A stretch of DNA of 64,000 nucleotides, taken from NCBI GenBank assembly GCA_965226795.1, contig CBDDDZ010000004.1, positions 640,001-704,000 on the forward strand, read 5' to 3'. Position 1 is the first letter of the stretch, and each line of letters opens with the position of its first letter. The translations under genes were made by a program, and so were the position numbers. The notes under the pieces were generated by a model. The model was not told the origin of the DNA and did not search any database. It was given only the letters and a program-made list of their open reading frames with translations. Shown in pieces: positions 19,214-29,989 of this stretch. The stretch is from Candidatus Latescibacterota bacterium. GTDB taxonomy: Bacteria > Latescibacterota > UBA2968 > GCA-2709665.

Positions 19214-20704
19214 GTGAATCTCGTGAGCACACCCGATTTGAAAACGCTAAAAACGCTGGCTGAAGGCCGGGGGGTGGTTCCGATTTCCAGGGAAATCCTG
19301 GGAGATACGGAAACCCCGGTATCCGCGTACCTCAAACTGCGGCACAGGAGTCCCTACAGCTTTCTTTTTGAGAGCGTGGAAGGGGGAGAGAAGATCGGGC
19401 GCTATTCTTTCCTGGGAGTGGAGCCGTTTCTTGCGTTTCGGTCGTGGAAATCCCGGATAGAGGTGGAGGATCTGAAGCGGGGTGAGGTCCGTGTATATGA
19501 AGGGTCGCCCATTGCCGAACTCAGGCGTCTACTGAAAAAATACCGTTCAGCGCAGTTGGATGGACTGCCCAGATTTACCGGAGGGGCTGTGGGCTATGTG
19601 GGCTACGACGCAATCCGGTTGGTTGAAAATATCCCCGACAGCACGCGCGACGACTACGGTCTGCCAGACGTCGTATTGCTTTTCTACGATACGCTTCTTG
19701 GCTTCGACAACGTTCGACAGAAGATCCATCTGATTTCAAACGTGCATACCTCCGGGGATATTGAAGAGAATTACCGGGCGGCGGAGGCGCGAATCGATGT
19801 GCTGGAACGGGCCCTGTGCGGGCCGATTCCCACGAACGGCGTTCCGGAAAGTGTGCCCCGGCGAGGAGCGCGCGCGATCCGGTCGAATACGGAGCGGTCC
19901 GTCTTTTTGGACAAGGTGCGGCGCTGCAAGGAGTATATCGTGGCGGGCGATATTTTTCAGGTCGTACTTTCGCAGCGCTTTGAGACCGAGATAACCGTCG
20001 GATCACTGGACATTTACCGCGCGCTTCGCACGGTGAATCCGTCTCCATACATGTTCCATCTGGATTTGAAAGAGGTTCAGCTTATCGGCGCATCGCCGGA
20101 GCTGCTGGTTAGGGTCGAGAACGGCGTCGTGCAAGTGCGGCCGATAGCGGGCACACGGTGGAGGGGGGCTACGGAAGAGGAGGATTCCGCTCTCGAGGCG
20201 AATTTGCTGGCAGACGAAAAGGAACGTGCGGAACACATTATGCTTCTGGACCTGGGTCGGAACGACGTGGGGCGGGTATCCCGTTACGATACGGTACGGG
20301 TTACGGAGCAGATGACGATTGAGCGTTATTCTCATGTGATGCATATTGTGTCCAATGTTCAAGGGCATCTCAAAGATGGCGTGGATGCCCTGGATGCGCT
20401 TTTTGCCTGTTATCCGGCAGGCACGGTTTCCGGCGCGCCCAAGATCCGCGCGATGGAGATTATCGACGAACTGGAACCTACACGCCGTGGACCGTACTCG
20501 GGGGCGGTTGGCTATATTGACTTTTCGGGCAACATGGATACGTGCATTGCCATTCGTACGATGGTTTTGCAAGGCAGCAACGCCTATGTCCAGGCAGGCG
20601 GGGGAATTGTGTTCGATTCCGTGCCGGAGAGCGAGCACCAGGAAACAGTAAATAAAGCGAAGGCGCTGTTTAAAGCGGTGGAATTGGCGGAAGGTGCGAT
20701 GTAG
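19214..20704 (+). CDS. trpE: Anthranilate synthase component I
   Basis: DTETPVSAY, FESVEGGEKIGRYSF, GDIFQVVLSQR, NPSPYM, PIAGTR, EKERAEHIML, PAGTVSGAPK. Confidence 0.96.
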   Translation: MNLVSTPDLKTLKTLAEGRGVVPISREILGDTETPVSAYLKLRHRSPYSFLFESVEGGEKIGRYSFLGVEPFLAFRSWKSRIEVEDLKRGEVRVYEGSPIAELRRLLKKYRSAQLDGLPRFTGGAVGYVGYDAIRLVENIPDSTRDDYGLPDVVLLFYDTLLGFDNVRQKIHLISNVHTSGDIEENYRAAEARIDVLERALCGPIPTNGVPESVPRRGARAIRSNTERSVFLDKVRRCKEYIVAGDIFQVVLSQRFETEITVGSLDIYRALRTVNPSPYMFHLDLKEVQLIGASPELLVRVENGVVQVRPIAGTRWRGATEEEDSALEANLLADEKERAEHIMLLDLGRNDVGRVSRYDTVRVTEQMTIERYSHVMHIVSNVQGHLKDGVDALDALFACYPAGTVSGAPKIRAMEIIDELEPTRRGPYSGAVGYIDFSGNMDTCIAIRTMVLQGSNAYVQAGGGIVFDSVPESEHQETVNKAKALFKAVELAEGAM

Positions 20705-20753
20705 TATCAGGGATATATACTGCCATTCTTCAACGATCACGTTTCATTGACCT

Positions 20754-21317
20754 ATGATTCTGGTAATCGACAATTACGATTCGTTCACGTACAATCTGGT
20801 TCAGTATCTGGGCGAGTTGGGTGCGCGGATGGAGGTGTTTCGGAACGATCAGATCGAATTGGACCAGATCTGCGCATACCGACCTGAGAAGATGGTGATT
20901 TCGCCCGGGCCATGTACACCGAACGAGGCGGGAATCTCCGTGGATCTGATCCGGCGGTTTAGCGGAGAGATTCCGATGCTGGGCGTCTGTCTGGGGCATC
21001 AGTGCATCGGACAGGCCTTCGGCGGCACCGTCGTGAGGGCGCCGGCGATTCTACACGGGAAAGTGTCCGAGATTCATCACGACGAACGTTCGATTTTCAC
21101 GGGGATGTCACAGCCCTTTATCGCCACGCGATACCATTCCCTGATTGTCGAACGGGACAGCCTGCCGGACTGCCTCGAGGTTACCGCGCAGACACACGAC
21201 GGAACAATAATGGGGTTGCGGCACAGGGAGTATCCGGTTGAGGGCGTGCAGTTTCATCCGGAGTCGATTCTGACGGCTGAGGGCAAAGTGTTGTTAGAAA
21301 ATTTCCTGAATGGCTGA
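20754..21317 (+). CDS. trpG: Anthranilate synthase component II (glutamine amidotransferase)
   Basis: [34 protein letters not shown]. Confidence 0.96.
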   Translation: MILVIDNYDSFTYNLVQYLGELGARMEVFRNDQIELDQICAYRPEKMVISPGPCTPNEAGISVDLIRRFSGEIPMLGVCLGHQCIGQAFGGTVVRAPAILHGKVSEIHHDERSIFTGMSQPFIATRYHSLIVERDSLPDCLEVTAQTHDGTIMGLRHREYPVEGVQFHPESILTAEGKVLLENFLNG

Positions 21318-21366
21318 ATTCGTGGATCGGAAAGCTGGACCGGATCTCTGTTTACAGGCTGGGGAG

Positions 21367-22392
21367 ATGGCTATGGCGATACAGGATGCGATTGCGAAGC
21401 TGATTGAGGGACAGGACCTGACACGTGACCAGATGATCGGGACGATGGATCAGATTATGTCGGGTGGGGCGACGGACGCGCAGATCGGTGGGTTTCTGGT
21501 GGCTCTGCGTGTCAAGGGGGAGACAGTTGAGGAGATCGCGGGCGCCGCGGAGGTGATGCGGGAGAAGGCAACCCGGGTCGTGACGCGACACACCACGGTG
21601 GTCGATACATGCGGTACGGGGGGGGATGGGTCAGGAACGTTCAATATATCGACGGCCGCGGCGTTTGTGGCGGCCGGTGCCGGGCTGTGTGTGGCCAAAC
21701 ATGGGAACCGCGCGGCGTCCAGCCTGTGTGGCAGTGCGGATGTTTTGAAGGAACTGGGAGTAAATATCGAAGCATCGCCGGAGACGGTGGGGCGGTGTCT
21801 GGATGAGGTGGGCATCGGTTTCCTGTTTGCTCCGGCTCTGCACGGTGCCATGAAATATGCGATTGGACCCAGACGCGAAGTCGGCGTGCGCACGGTTTTC
21901 AACGCTCTGGGGCCGCTGACCAATCCTGCAGGCGCAACCCGACACCTGATCGGGGTATATGGTCGATCGCTTACCGAGAGGCTGGCCGAAGTGTTGCGTA
22001 CATTGGAATCAGAGCGGGCGTTTGTGGTACACGGGTCGGACGGACTGGACGAGATGACGACGACCGGGCCAACACAGGTGAGCGAGTTGAAGAACGGTAG
22101 TGTATCCACGTATGAGATCAGACCCGGGGATCTGGGCATTGCAAGGGCGGCGGCAGATGATCTGGCAGGGGGTAACGCCGAGACCAATGCGTCGATTCTG
22201 CGAAGGGTGCTGCATGGCGAGCCCGGTCATCGGCTGGACATTGTCCTGCTGAATGCGGCAGCCGCCATCGTAGCGGGGGGCGCCGTGGATGATCTGACGT
22301 CCGGTATGGAACTGGCCAGGGAGACCGTGGAATCGGGGCGGGCAATGGACAAACTGGAAAAACTGAAACTCGCCTCCGACGAGGGCAGCTGA
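21367..22392 (+). CDS. trpD: Anthranilate phosphoribosyltransferase
   Basis: DTCGTGGDG, FNIST, KHGNR, GPLTNP, DGLDE. Confidence 0.97.
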   Translation: MAMAIQDAIAKLIEGQDLTRDQMIGTMDQIMSGGATDAQIGGFLVALRVKGETVEEIAGAAEVMREKATRVVTRHTTVVDTCGTGGDGSGTFNISTAAAFVAAGAGLCVAKHGNRAASSLCGSADVLKELGVNIEASPETVGRCLDEVGIGFLFAPALHGAMKYAIGPRREVGVRTVFNALGPLTNPAGATRHLIGVYGRSLTERLAEVLRTLESERAFVVHGSDGLDEMTTTGPTQVSELKNGSVSTYEIRPGDLGIARAAADDLAGGNAETNASILRRVLHGEPGHRLDIVLLNAAAAIVAGGAVDDLTSGMELARETVESGRAMDKLEKLKLASDEGS

Positions 22393-22478
22393 TACCTGGC
22401 GATTTCGCCACTCACGCCCTGAACGTACCCCATGAACGAGATAATCGGGGTTCGCCCGGCGCAACGAAGACGGGAAGC

Positions 22479-23270
22479 ATGGCCACGATCCTGGATGAGA
22501 TTATCGCATATAAACGGCGTGTTGTGGCCGAGGCGAAACAACGGGTCTCACCCGAGGAGTTACAGACGCGGGCGGACCTTGCCCGTGAGCCGGGCTCGTT
22601 GATGGACGGCCTGACAGCCGCCGAGGATATCGCGCTCATAGCCGAGATCAAAAAGGCATCTCCGTCAAAAGGGGTGATTAGAGAAGATTTCGATCCGGTG
22701 GAAATCGGCCGGGCTTACGAGGAGAACGGCGCGTCGGCAATTTCCGTGCTGACGGATGTAAAGTATTTTCAGGGCTCCGACGAGAGTCTGACGGCGGTAA
22801 GCGAAGCCGTGGAATTGCCGGTGCTCCGGAAGGATTTCGTGGTTGATCCCTATCAGATCCATGAAGCCAGAACAATCGGTGCGGCGGCGGTTCTGCTCAT
22901 TGTTTCAGCGCTCTCGCAACGTGAATTGGCAGGGCTGCTCGCTGTTTGCAGGGACTCGAAATTGGACGCGCTGGTAGAAGTTCACACCAGAGAGGAAGCG
23001 AAGATGGCGCTGGACGCGGGAGCGGATCTTGTGGGGGTGAATAACCGCGACTTGAAGACGTTTCAAACGGACCTGCGAACCACATTCGACCTGATTGAAC
23101 ACCTGCCGGAAGATCTGGTAATCGTAAGCGAGAGCGGCATCGAGACCAGGGACCACGTCGTCCGATTGAGGGATGCCGGCGTGGATGCGGTGCTTGTCGG
23201 GGAACATCTGATGCGTCATCCCGATGTCGGTCGGACGCTTCGAACGCTGCTGGGGAAGGAAGGCGGCTGA
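22479..23270 (+). CDS. trpC: Indole-3-glycerol phosphate synthase
   Basis: IAEIKKASPSKG, SVLTD, LRKDF, GVNNRDL, VSESGI. Confidence 0.97.
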   Translation: MATILDEIIAYKRRVVAEAKQRVSPEELQTRADLAREPGSLMDGLTAAEDIALIAEIKKASPSKGVIREDFDPVEIGRAYEENGASAISVLTDVKYFQGSDESLTAVSEAVELPVLRKDFVVDPYQIHEARTIGAAAVLLIVSALSQRELAGLLAVCRDSKLDALVEVHTREEAKMALDAGADLVGVNNRDLKTFQTDLRTTFDLIEHLPEDLVIVSESGIETRDHVVRLRDAGVDAVLVGEHLMRHPDVGRTLRTLLGKEGG

Positions 23271-23278
23271 TTCAGACC

Positions 23279-23911
23279 ATGGTTCGGGTGAAGATTTGCG
23301 GCATCACGAACCCGGAGGATGCCCATTTTTCGGTTGCCCAGGGCGTGGACGCCCTGGGGTTCATCTTTTATGAGCCCAGCCCGCGTTACGTGCATCCTGA
23401 CCGCGTGAGCGAGATCGTGTCGGAGTTGCCGCCCTTCGTGACGCCCGTAGGGGTTTTCGTGAACACGGCCAGGGAGGAGATCCTGGGAATCGTGCGGTCG
23501 ACGGGGCTTCGGGCGGTCCAACTGCACGGCGACGAAACGCCGGCCGATTGCCAGGGGTATCCTTTTCCGGTCATCCGGGCATTGCGGGTCGGCGAGGGAT
23601 TCAAGCCTGCGTCGCTGGGCGATTATCCGGTAAACACGTTTCTGTTGGATACGGCAAAAAAAGGATGGTACGGAGGCACGGGAGAGACCTTTGACTGGCG
23701 GGTCGCAAGGGCGGCTGCGGCACACGGTCGGATCATTCTGTCGGGGGGGATTGATCCGCGAAACGTGGCGGAGGCGGTCCGAACGGTGAATCCGTATGCC
23801 GTGGACTGCGGCAGTGGCGTTGAGGCCGCGCCAGGCAGGAAGGACCACAACAGAATCGTGGAATTTCTCGAGACGCTTCGCTCCGTAACAAGTGTTCTGT
23901 CCCGGAAATAG
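23279..23911 (+). CDS. trpF: Phosphoribosylanthranilate isomerase
   Basis: VKICGIT, QLHGDE, GGTGETFDW; last codons and stop come from a MITE end. Confidence 0.96.
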   Translation: MVRVKICGITNPEDAHFSVAQGVDALGFIFYEPSPRYVHPDRVSEIVSELPPFVTPVGVFVNTAREEILGIVRSTGLRAVQLHGDETPADCQGYPFPVIRALRVGEGFKPASLGDYPVNTFLLDTAKKGWYGGTGETFDWRVARAAAAHGRIILSGGIDPRNVAEAVRTVNPYAVDCGSGVEAAPGRKDHNRIVEFLETLRSVTSVLSRK

Positions 23912-23918
23912 ATTGCCG
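23891..23918. repeat. Solo left-end fragment of the MITE family overlapping the trpF stop
   Basis: TGTTCTGTCCCGGAAATAGATTGCC is identical to the left ends at 11470 and 32794. Confidence 0.75.
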
Positions 23919-23978
23919 GATTCCGAGACCATCAGCGTTCTTGAACCCGCTAACCGAATCGATCTGGAGCCAAACATA

Positions 23979-25241
23979 TTGGATATCTTGGAAGATCTGG
24001 ACTTCCGGGGGCACGTTTTTCAGGTAACGGACGCCAGCGGACTCAAGGCGCGGCTCGACCAGGGGCCGATAACCCTTTATTCGGGGTTCGACCCCACGGC
24101 AGACAGCCTGCACGCCGGCAACCTGATTCCAATTCTGGGACTGCGGCGGTTTCAATTGGCCGGGCATCACGCAATCGGCCTTATCGGGGGCGGAACCGGC
24201 TTGATTGGCGATCCGAGCGGCAGCAAGGAAGAACGCCCGTTGAACCCGCCCGACATAGTCGCGGCATACACCGAGAAGCTGACAGAACAACTGGCCAAGT
24301 TCCTGGATTTCGAAACAGGAACGAATCCCGCCCAGGTGGTCTGCAATATGGGCTGGCTTTCCGAGCTCAAGGCAATTGACTTCCTGAGGGACACGGGCAA
24401 GCATTTCTCCATGGGTTATATGCTGGCGAAAGAGTCTGTGGCTTCCCGGCTGGAATCCGGAATATCGTTCACCGAATTCAGCTATATGGTCATTCAGGCA
24501 TATGATTTCATGGAGTTGTTTCGGACGCGAGGATGCGAGTTGCAAATTGGCGGGAGCGATCAATGGGGTAATATCACAGCGGGTATAGAGTTGATCCGGC
24601 GTCGGCTGGGCGAGCAGGCCCATGGACTGACGTTTCCGCTGCTTCAGAAAGCCGACGGGTCCAAGTTCGGCAAGACGGCATCCGGTACCGTCTGGCTGGA
24701 CACGGGAAGAACAACGCCCTATCAGTTCTACCAGCACTGGATCAATACGGATGACAGGGATGTCGTGAGGTTTCTGAAGCTGTTTACCTTTCTCTCAAAG
24801 GATGAGATTCGAAATCTGGAATTGGACGTGGCACAACACCCCGAGAAGCGAGAGGCACAGCGGGTGCTGGCCGAGGAGGTCACCACATTCGTACACGACA
24901 GGTCCGCCACCGACAGGGCGCGGCGGATTTCCGAGGCATTGTTTTATGGGGATCTGCGGGATCTGAGCGCGCAAGAGATAGAGGAAGGGTTCAGCGACGT
25001 GCCGTCTCATTCGCTCAATGGCGTTTCAGGAGTGGGTCTGGTCAATTTGCTGGTAGATGTCCGCATTTCAACTTCCATGCGCCAGGCGCGAGAAGACATC
25101 AGGTCCGGCGCGATTCATATCAATGGCCTGCGTTGCACGGATATGGGGCGGATCCTTGAACCTTCCGAGAGACTCGCAGGGAAATACCTGGTGGTTCGCC
25201 GGGGCAAACGCCGCTACTTTCTGGTGCGCTGGAACAATTGA
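23979..25241 (+). CDS. tyrS: Tyrosine--tRNA ligase
   Basis: YSGFDPTADSLHAGN, QIGGSDQWGN, KFGKT, C-terminal S4 domain; TTG start after GGAG. Confidence 0.96.
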   Translation: MDILEDLDFRGHVFQVTDASGLKARLDQGPITLYSGFDPTADSLHAGNLIPILGLRRFQLAGHHAIGLIGGGTGLIGDPSGSKEERPLNPPDIVAAYTEKLTEQLAKFLDFETGTNPAQVVCNMGWLSELKAIDFLRDTGKHFSMGYMLAKESVASRLESGISFTEFSYMVIQAYDFMELFRTRGCELQIGGSDQWGNITAGIELIRRRLGEQAHGLTFPLLQKADGSKFGKTASGTVWLDTGRTTPYQFYQHWINTDDRDVVRFLKLFTFLSKDEIRNLELDVAQHPEKREAQRVLAEEVTTFVHDRSATDRARRISEALFYGDLRDLSAQEIEEGFSDVPSHSLNGVSGVGLVNLLVDVRISTSMRQAREDIRSGAIHINGLRCTDMGRILEPSERLAGKYLVVRRGKRRYFLVRWNN

Positions 25242-25337
25242 TGGGCGGGTGTGTGGCCGCTTATGCTTATCGGAATGCAAATCAGGACATGATAATTCGG
25301 AACTCGGCAGGAAAAACAAAAGGAGAGGATTCCTTCC

Positions 25338-26315
25338 ATGAAAGCACCCTGGATTACCTTTCGGCCGGAACTCAAAGTACTTGATTGTACGATTCGAGAC
25401 GGCGGATTGATGAATGACCATCATTTCACCGATGATTTCGTGAAGGCAGTTTACGTAACCTGCGTTGAAGCAGGGGTCGATTATATGGAAATCGGGTACC
25501 GAAACTCCAAGGAGATGTTTCCAAAAGGACAGTTCGGACCCTTCCGACACAGTGACGAAGAAGATATCCGAAAGATTACGGGCGATCACGACCCTGAAAC
25601 GACCGGCCTGAAGCTCGCCATCATGGCCGATGCGGGCAAGAGCGATTGGGCTGAAGACATCCTGCCGGCCAGCGAGAGCGTGGTCAGCATGGTACGCGTA
25701 GCCTGCTATGTCGAGCAGATCCCTGAAACCGTCGAAATGCTGTGCGACGCACATGAAAAAGGATATGAAACCAGTTGTAACATTATGGCCATTTCGACGG
25801 TGCAGGAGGTCGAGATTGACCAGGCGCTGGAAGTCCTGATACAAACGCCGGTTGGAACAATATGCGTTGTAGATAGTTTCGGTGCATTGTACCGCGAGCA
25901 GGTGGATATGCTCATTCGGAAGTATATGGAAGCCGTCAGTGGAACGGGCAAAGAAGTGGGCATTCATGCGCACAACAACCAGCAACTGGCGTTCGCCAAT
26001 ACCCTGGAAGCGCTCATTCTGGGCGCTAACCGCGTTGATGCCACGGTGGACGGACTTGGCCGCGGCGCGGGAAATTGCCCGCTGGAATTGCTGCTCGGTT
26101 TCCTGCGCAATCCCAAGTTCAAAATTCGACCTGTCTACGAGCTGTTGGAAGACCATTTTGTCAAATTGCGCGGTGAACTGACGTGGGGGCCCCTCATTCC
26201 GTACAATATCACGGGTCAGCACAACCAGCATCCCCGCTCGGCAATGGCGCTTCTGGACGGGGACGACCGAAATCGTTATCTGGATTTCTACGATCAGGTG
26301 ATGAGGGAAATTTAA
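25338..26315 (+). CDS. HMGL-like (DRE-TIM) aldolase catalytic domain protein
   Basis: [29 protein letters not shown]; strong AGGAGAGG RBS. Confidence 0.85.
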   Translation: MKAPWITFRPELKVLDCTIRDGGLMNDHHFTDDFVKAVYVTCVEAGVDYMEIGYRNSKEMFPKGQFGPFRHSDEEDIRKITGDHDPETTGLKLAIMADAGKSDWAEDILPASESVVSMVRVACYVEQIPETVEMLCDAHEKGYETSCNIMAISTVQEVEIDQALEVLIQTPVGTICVVDSFGALYREQVDMLIRKYMEAVSGTGKEVGIHAHNNQQLAFANTLEALILGANRVDATVDGLGRGAGNCPLELLLGFLRNPKFKIRPVYELLEDHFVKLRGELTWGPLIPYNITGQHNQHPRSAMALLDGDDRNRYLDFYDQVMREI

Positions 26316-26415
26316 TCGCCGGCGCCCGCGCTTCGGCAGTCCGCGAGAAAACCGCAGAGGTGGGAACGCCCGCCGAAGCGAGGGTCCGGAACGACGACGG
26401 CGGCTGAGTCCGCCT

Positions 26416-27662
26416 ATGTCACCAAACCTAAATGGAATGGAAACAATGGCACTTCTCAAGGCAGATGGATCCAACCGGACATGGCCCGACTCCGGGGGGC
26501 ATTTCGGACCCTACGGCGGGCGCTACGTACCGGAAACGTTGATGCCGTTGTTGGAGGACCTGGAGGCAGCCTACCGCGACGCGAAGGACCGTCCGGATTT
26601 TCAGGAGGAACTGGGCCGTTATCTCAGGGAATTTGTGGGAAGGCCGACGCCACTCTATTTTGCGCAGCGACTGACCGCCGAACTGGGCGGAGCCAGAATC
26701 TATCTGAAGCGGGAGGACCTCGCGCACACCGGCGCGCACAAAATCAACAATACGATACGATGGGGCAGGTCCTGCTTGCCAGGCGGATGGGCAAAACGCG
26801 GATCATTGCGGAAACGGGCGCAGGACAACACGGTGTGGCGACAGCAACCGTGGCGGCAATGTTCGGAATGGACTGCGAGATTTACATGGGCACCGAAGAC
26901 ATGGACCGGCAGGCGTTGAACGTGTTTCGTATGCGGCTTCTGGGGGCGAAAGTGACGGGTGTGGATTCGGGCAGCAGGACTCTGAAAGATGCGATCAACG
27001 AAGCCATCCGGGACTGGGTGACGAATGTGGAGGATACATTTTATATTTTCGGATCCGTCCTGGGACCTCATCCTTATCCGATGATCGTGCGCGATTTTCA
27101 GCGGGTAATCGGGGTGGAAACGCGCGAACAGATCCTGCAGGCCGAAGGCCGGTTGCCGGAATATCTGATCGCATGCGTCGGCGGCGGCAGCAATTCGATC
27201 GGGCTGTTTCACGCCTTTTTGGAGGACACGGAAGTGCGGATGGTTGGTGTCGAAGCGGGAGGGCATGGAATTGCCTCCGGCGACCATGCGGCGCGATTCC
27301 AGGGCGGGGATGTGGGCGTGCTGCACGGGGCAAGGATTTACCTCTTGCAGGACGAGAACGGGCAGATCGCGCTGACCCATTCGGTGTCCGCGGGCCTGGA
27401 TTATTCGGGTGTCGGGCCCGAGCACTGCCTACTGAGGGATGCGGGTCGGATCGAGTATGTGTACGCAACGGACGACGAGGCCCTGAAGGCCTTCCAGCTG
27501 TTGAGTCGTACGGAGGGAATCATCCCTGCACTGGAAAGCGCGCATGCGATCGCTTACGTGTCCAGAGCAGCGTCCGAAATGGGCAAGGATGCCGTTATCG
27601 TCGTGAATCTTTCAGGCCGTGGTGATAAAGACGTACAGCATGCGGCGAAGTACGTGGACTAG
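26416..27662 (+). pseudogene. trpB: Tryptophan synthase beta chain, frameshifted by a 5-bp duplication (may be an assembly artefact)
   Basis: One frame gives [13 protein letters not shown]...[15 protein letters not shown] and another gives MGQ...AETGAGQHG...SAGLDY...NLSGRGDKD; the junction reads ATACG-ATACG at 26750-26759. Confidence 0.9.
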
Positions 27663-27715
27663 GCGGTATTGGACCGATCGTTTTCACGTCGGAATCGAAG
27701 AATGGGGTCGATCGG

Positions 27716-28528
27716 ATGACAAGGATCGGGAAGCGTTTCGAAGCGTTGAAGAGAGCACACAGGACCGGATTTATAGCCTACATCACGGCGGGAGATCCGG
27801 ACCTGGCCACCACCCGCAAACTGGTGCCGGAGTTGGATCGGCGCGGGGTGGACATTCTCGAGTTGGGCGTGCCGTTCTCCGATCCACTGGCGGACGGGCC
27901 GGAGATCCAGCGGGCATCGCAGCGGGCCCTGCGGCATCGGGTGTCAATCAGCGATGTGCTGGATCTGGTGGCGGACCTGCGCCGGGAGACGGAGATACCG
28001 ATCGTGCTGTTTACGTATTTCAATCCGATGCACCGTTATGGTCTGAAACGGCTCGTCGACCGGGCGGCCGAAGCGGGGGTGGACGGTATTCTGGTGCTGG
28101 ATCTTCCGCCCGAGGAGGCAGCCGAGTACAAGGTTCTGATGTCGGAACGGGGATTGGATACGATTTTTCTAATCGCGCCAAATAGCCGTGAGGATCGCAT
28201 TCAACGGATTGCATCTCATAGCAGCGGGTTTGTGTATTACGTGTCACGCACAGGTGTAACAGGCGAACGGGACAGCCTGGAGGTGACGCTCGGGGCAAAA
28301 GTGGCGACCATCCGACGCCACACGTCGCAGCCGGTTGCGGTGGGATTCGGAATTTCGACGCCCGAACAATCCAGGGAGGTCGCAGGTTATGCCGACGCAG
28401 TCGTCGTCGGCAGCGCAATCGTGCGGCGTATTGCCCAGTGGCAAGCCGAACCGGATCTCGTTTCACAAATTGGGGCATTTGTGGAAGAATTAGTGCAACC
28501 GTTGAAGGGAGCATCCGATGGATCTTGA
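27716..28528 (+). CDS. trpA: Tryptophan synthase alpha chain
   Basis: YITAGDP, ELGVPFSDPLADGP, YYVSRTGVTG, VGFGIS, VVGSAIV. Confidence 0.97.
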   Translation: MTRIGKRFEALKRAHRTGFIAYITAGDPDLATTRKLVPELDRRGVDILELGVPFSDPLADGPEIQRASQRALRHRVSISDVLDLVADLRRETEIPIVLFTYFNPMHRYGLKRLVDRAAEAGVDGILVLDLPPEEAAEYKVLMSERGLDTIFLIAPNSREDRIQRIASHSSGFVYYVSRTGVTGERDSLEVTLGAKVATIRRHTSQPVAVGFGISTPEQSREVAGYADAVVVGSAIVRRIAQWQAEPDLVSQIGAFVEELVQPLKGASDGS

Positions 28529-28811
28529 AGACTGGCGCAAGGAAATCGACGCCCTGAATCAACAACTGTTGGAGCTTCTGAATAAGCGAGCCGAATGCGC
28601 ACTTGAGATCGGCAGGATCAAACAGGCAATCGAGCAACCTGTTTATGCGCCGGAGCGGGAGACATCGATCCTGAACCGAATCCGTCAACTGAACACGGGG
28701 CCCCTGGCCGACGAAGCGGTGCAACGGATATTTCAGCAGATAATCGATGAGTCAAGGCGGCTGGAACAGGAACACGGCGAACGGGAAACGGGGGGCACGA
28801 AACACCTCTGA
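28518..28811 (+). CDS. Monofunctional chorismate mutase (AroQ-type)
   Basis: LEDWRKEIDALNQQLLELLNKR, VYAPERE, IFQQIIDESR. Confidence 0.92.
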   Translation: MDLEDWRKEIDALNQQLLELLNKRAECALEIGRIKQAIEQPVYAPERETSILNRIRQLNTGPLADEAVQRIFQQIIDESRRLEQEHGERETGGTKHL

Positions 28812-28882
28812 ATCCGTTTGTGGAACCGGCCGCAACGGCAAACCATATTGACGGTCGCTATAGGAACCGGAGCTGAAGGCAC

Positions 28883-29911
28883 ATGGCGTTCAGAAGAATC
28901 CTGAAGATACCCACACCCGAAGCCGTGCTGGAAAAGATGTCGCTTCCAAAGGAGCTGAAGACCGTAAAGGAGGAACGCGACGCGGAAATCAGGGACATTT
29001 TCGCCCGCCGGAGCGATAAGTTTCTGCTGGTGATCGGCCCATGTTCGGCGCACAACGAAGATGCCGTATGTGAATACGTATCCAGGTTGGCGAAACTGCA
29101 GGAGGCCGTCCGGGAAAAGCTGGTTCTGGTGCCGCGCATCTATACCAACAAACCCCGCACAACCGGCGAGGGGTACAAGGGCATGGGGCATCAGCCGGAC
29201 CCGCGCAAGGCGCCGGACATATCCGAAGGTATTTATGCGGTTCGTCAGATGCATATCCGGGCTGTCCAGGAGTCCCACCTGACGGCGGCCGACGAAATGC
29301 TGTACCCGGGCAACCTGCCGTATGTCGAGGATCTGCTGAGTTATATAGCCGTGGGTGCACGCTCCGTGGAAAATCAACAGCACCGGTTGACCTGTAGCGG
29401 CGTCGGCGTCCCCGTTGGAATGAAAAACCCGACGGGAGGAGATCTTTCGGTAATGCTGAACGCGATCCATGCCTCGCAGATTCCCCACGTCTTCATTTAT
29501 AACGGTTGGGAGGTGGGCACCGACGGCAATCTCCTGACACACGCAGTGCTTCGGGGCGCCGTGGATGTTAACGGGCGCAGTATTCCGAACTATCACTTCG
29601 AAGACCTCATGTACGCGGCGGAACTCTATCGGCAGCGGCAGCTTGCCAATACCACAATCGTTGTGGATACGAATCACAATAACTCCGGCAAGCAGTTCAG
29701 TGAACAGCCCAGGATCGGGTTGGAGGTGATACGCAGCCGGCGGAGTTCAGAGATTTTAAACGACATGATCCGCGGGTTGATGGTGGAGAGTTATCTGGAT
29801 GAGGGCTCACAGAATGTAAATGACGGCGTGTTCGGCAAATCCATTACCGATCCGTGCCTGGGGTGGAAAGATTCCGAGGCGTTTGTCAAAGAACTGGCGG
29901 AAAGGATATGA
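28883..29911 (+). CDS. aroF: DAHP synthase, class I-alpha
   Basis: IGPCSA, KPRTT, VGARS, VGMKN, LRGA, DTNHNNS, GKSITDPCLGW. Confidence 0.92.
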   Translation: MAFRRILKIPTPEAVLEKMSLPKELKTVKEERDAEIRDIFARRSDKFLLVIGPCSAHNEDAVCEYVSRLAKLQEAVREKLVLVPRIYTNKPRTTGEGYKGMGHQPDPRKAPDISEGIYAVRQMHIRAVQESHLTAADEMLYPGNLPYVEDLLSYIAVGARSVENQQHRLTCSGVGVPVGMKNPTGGDLSVMLNAIHASQIPHVFIYNGWEVGTDGNLLTHAVLRGAVDVNGRSIPNYHFEDLMYAAELYRQRQLANTTIVVDTNHNNSGKQFSEQPRIGLEVIRSRRSSEILNDMIRGLMVESYLDEGSQNVNDGVFGKSITDPCLGWKDSEAFVKELAERI

Positions 29912-29989
29912 AAGCGTACGGGTTCTGGAATCCGGAGGAGATTGGAATGTCTTCTAGACGCTTTTGCCGGGTCTTCCGAGGATAACGGT

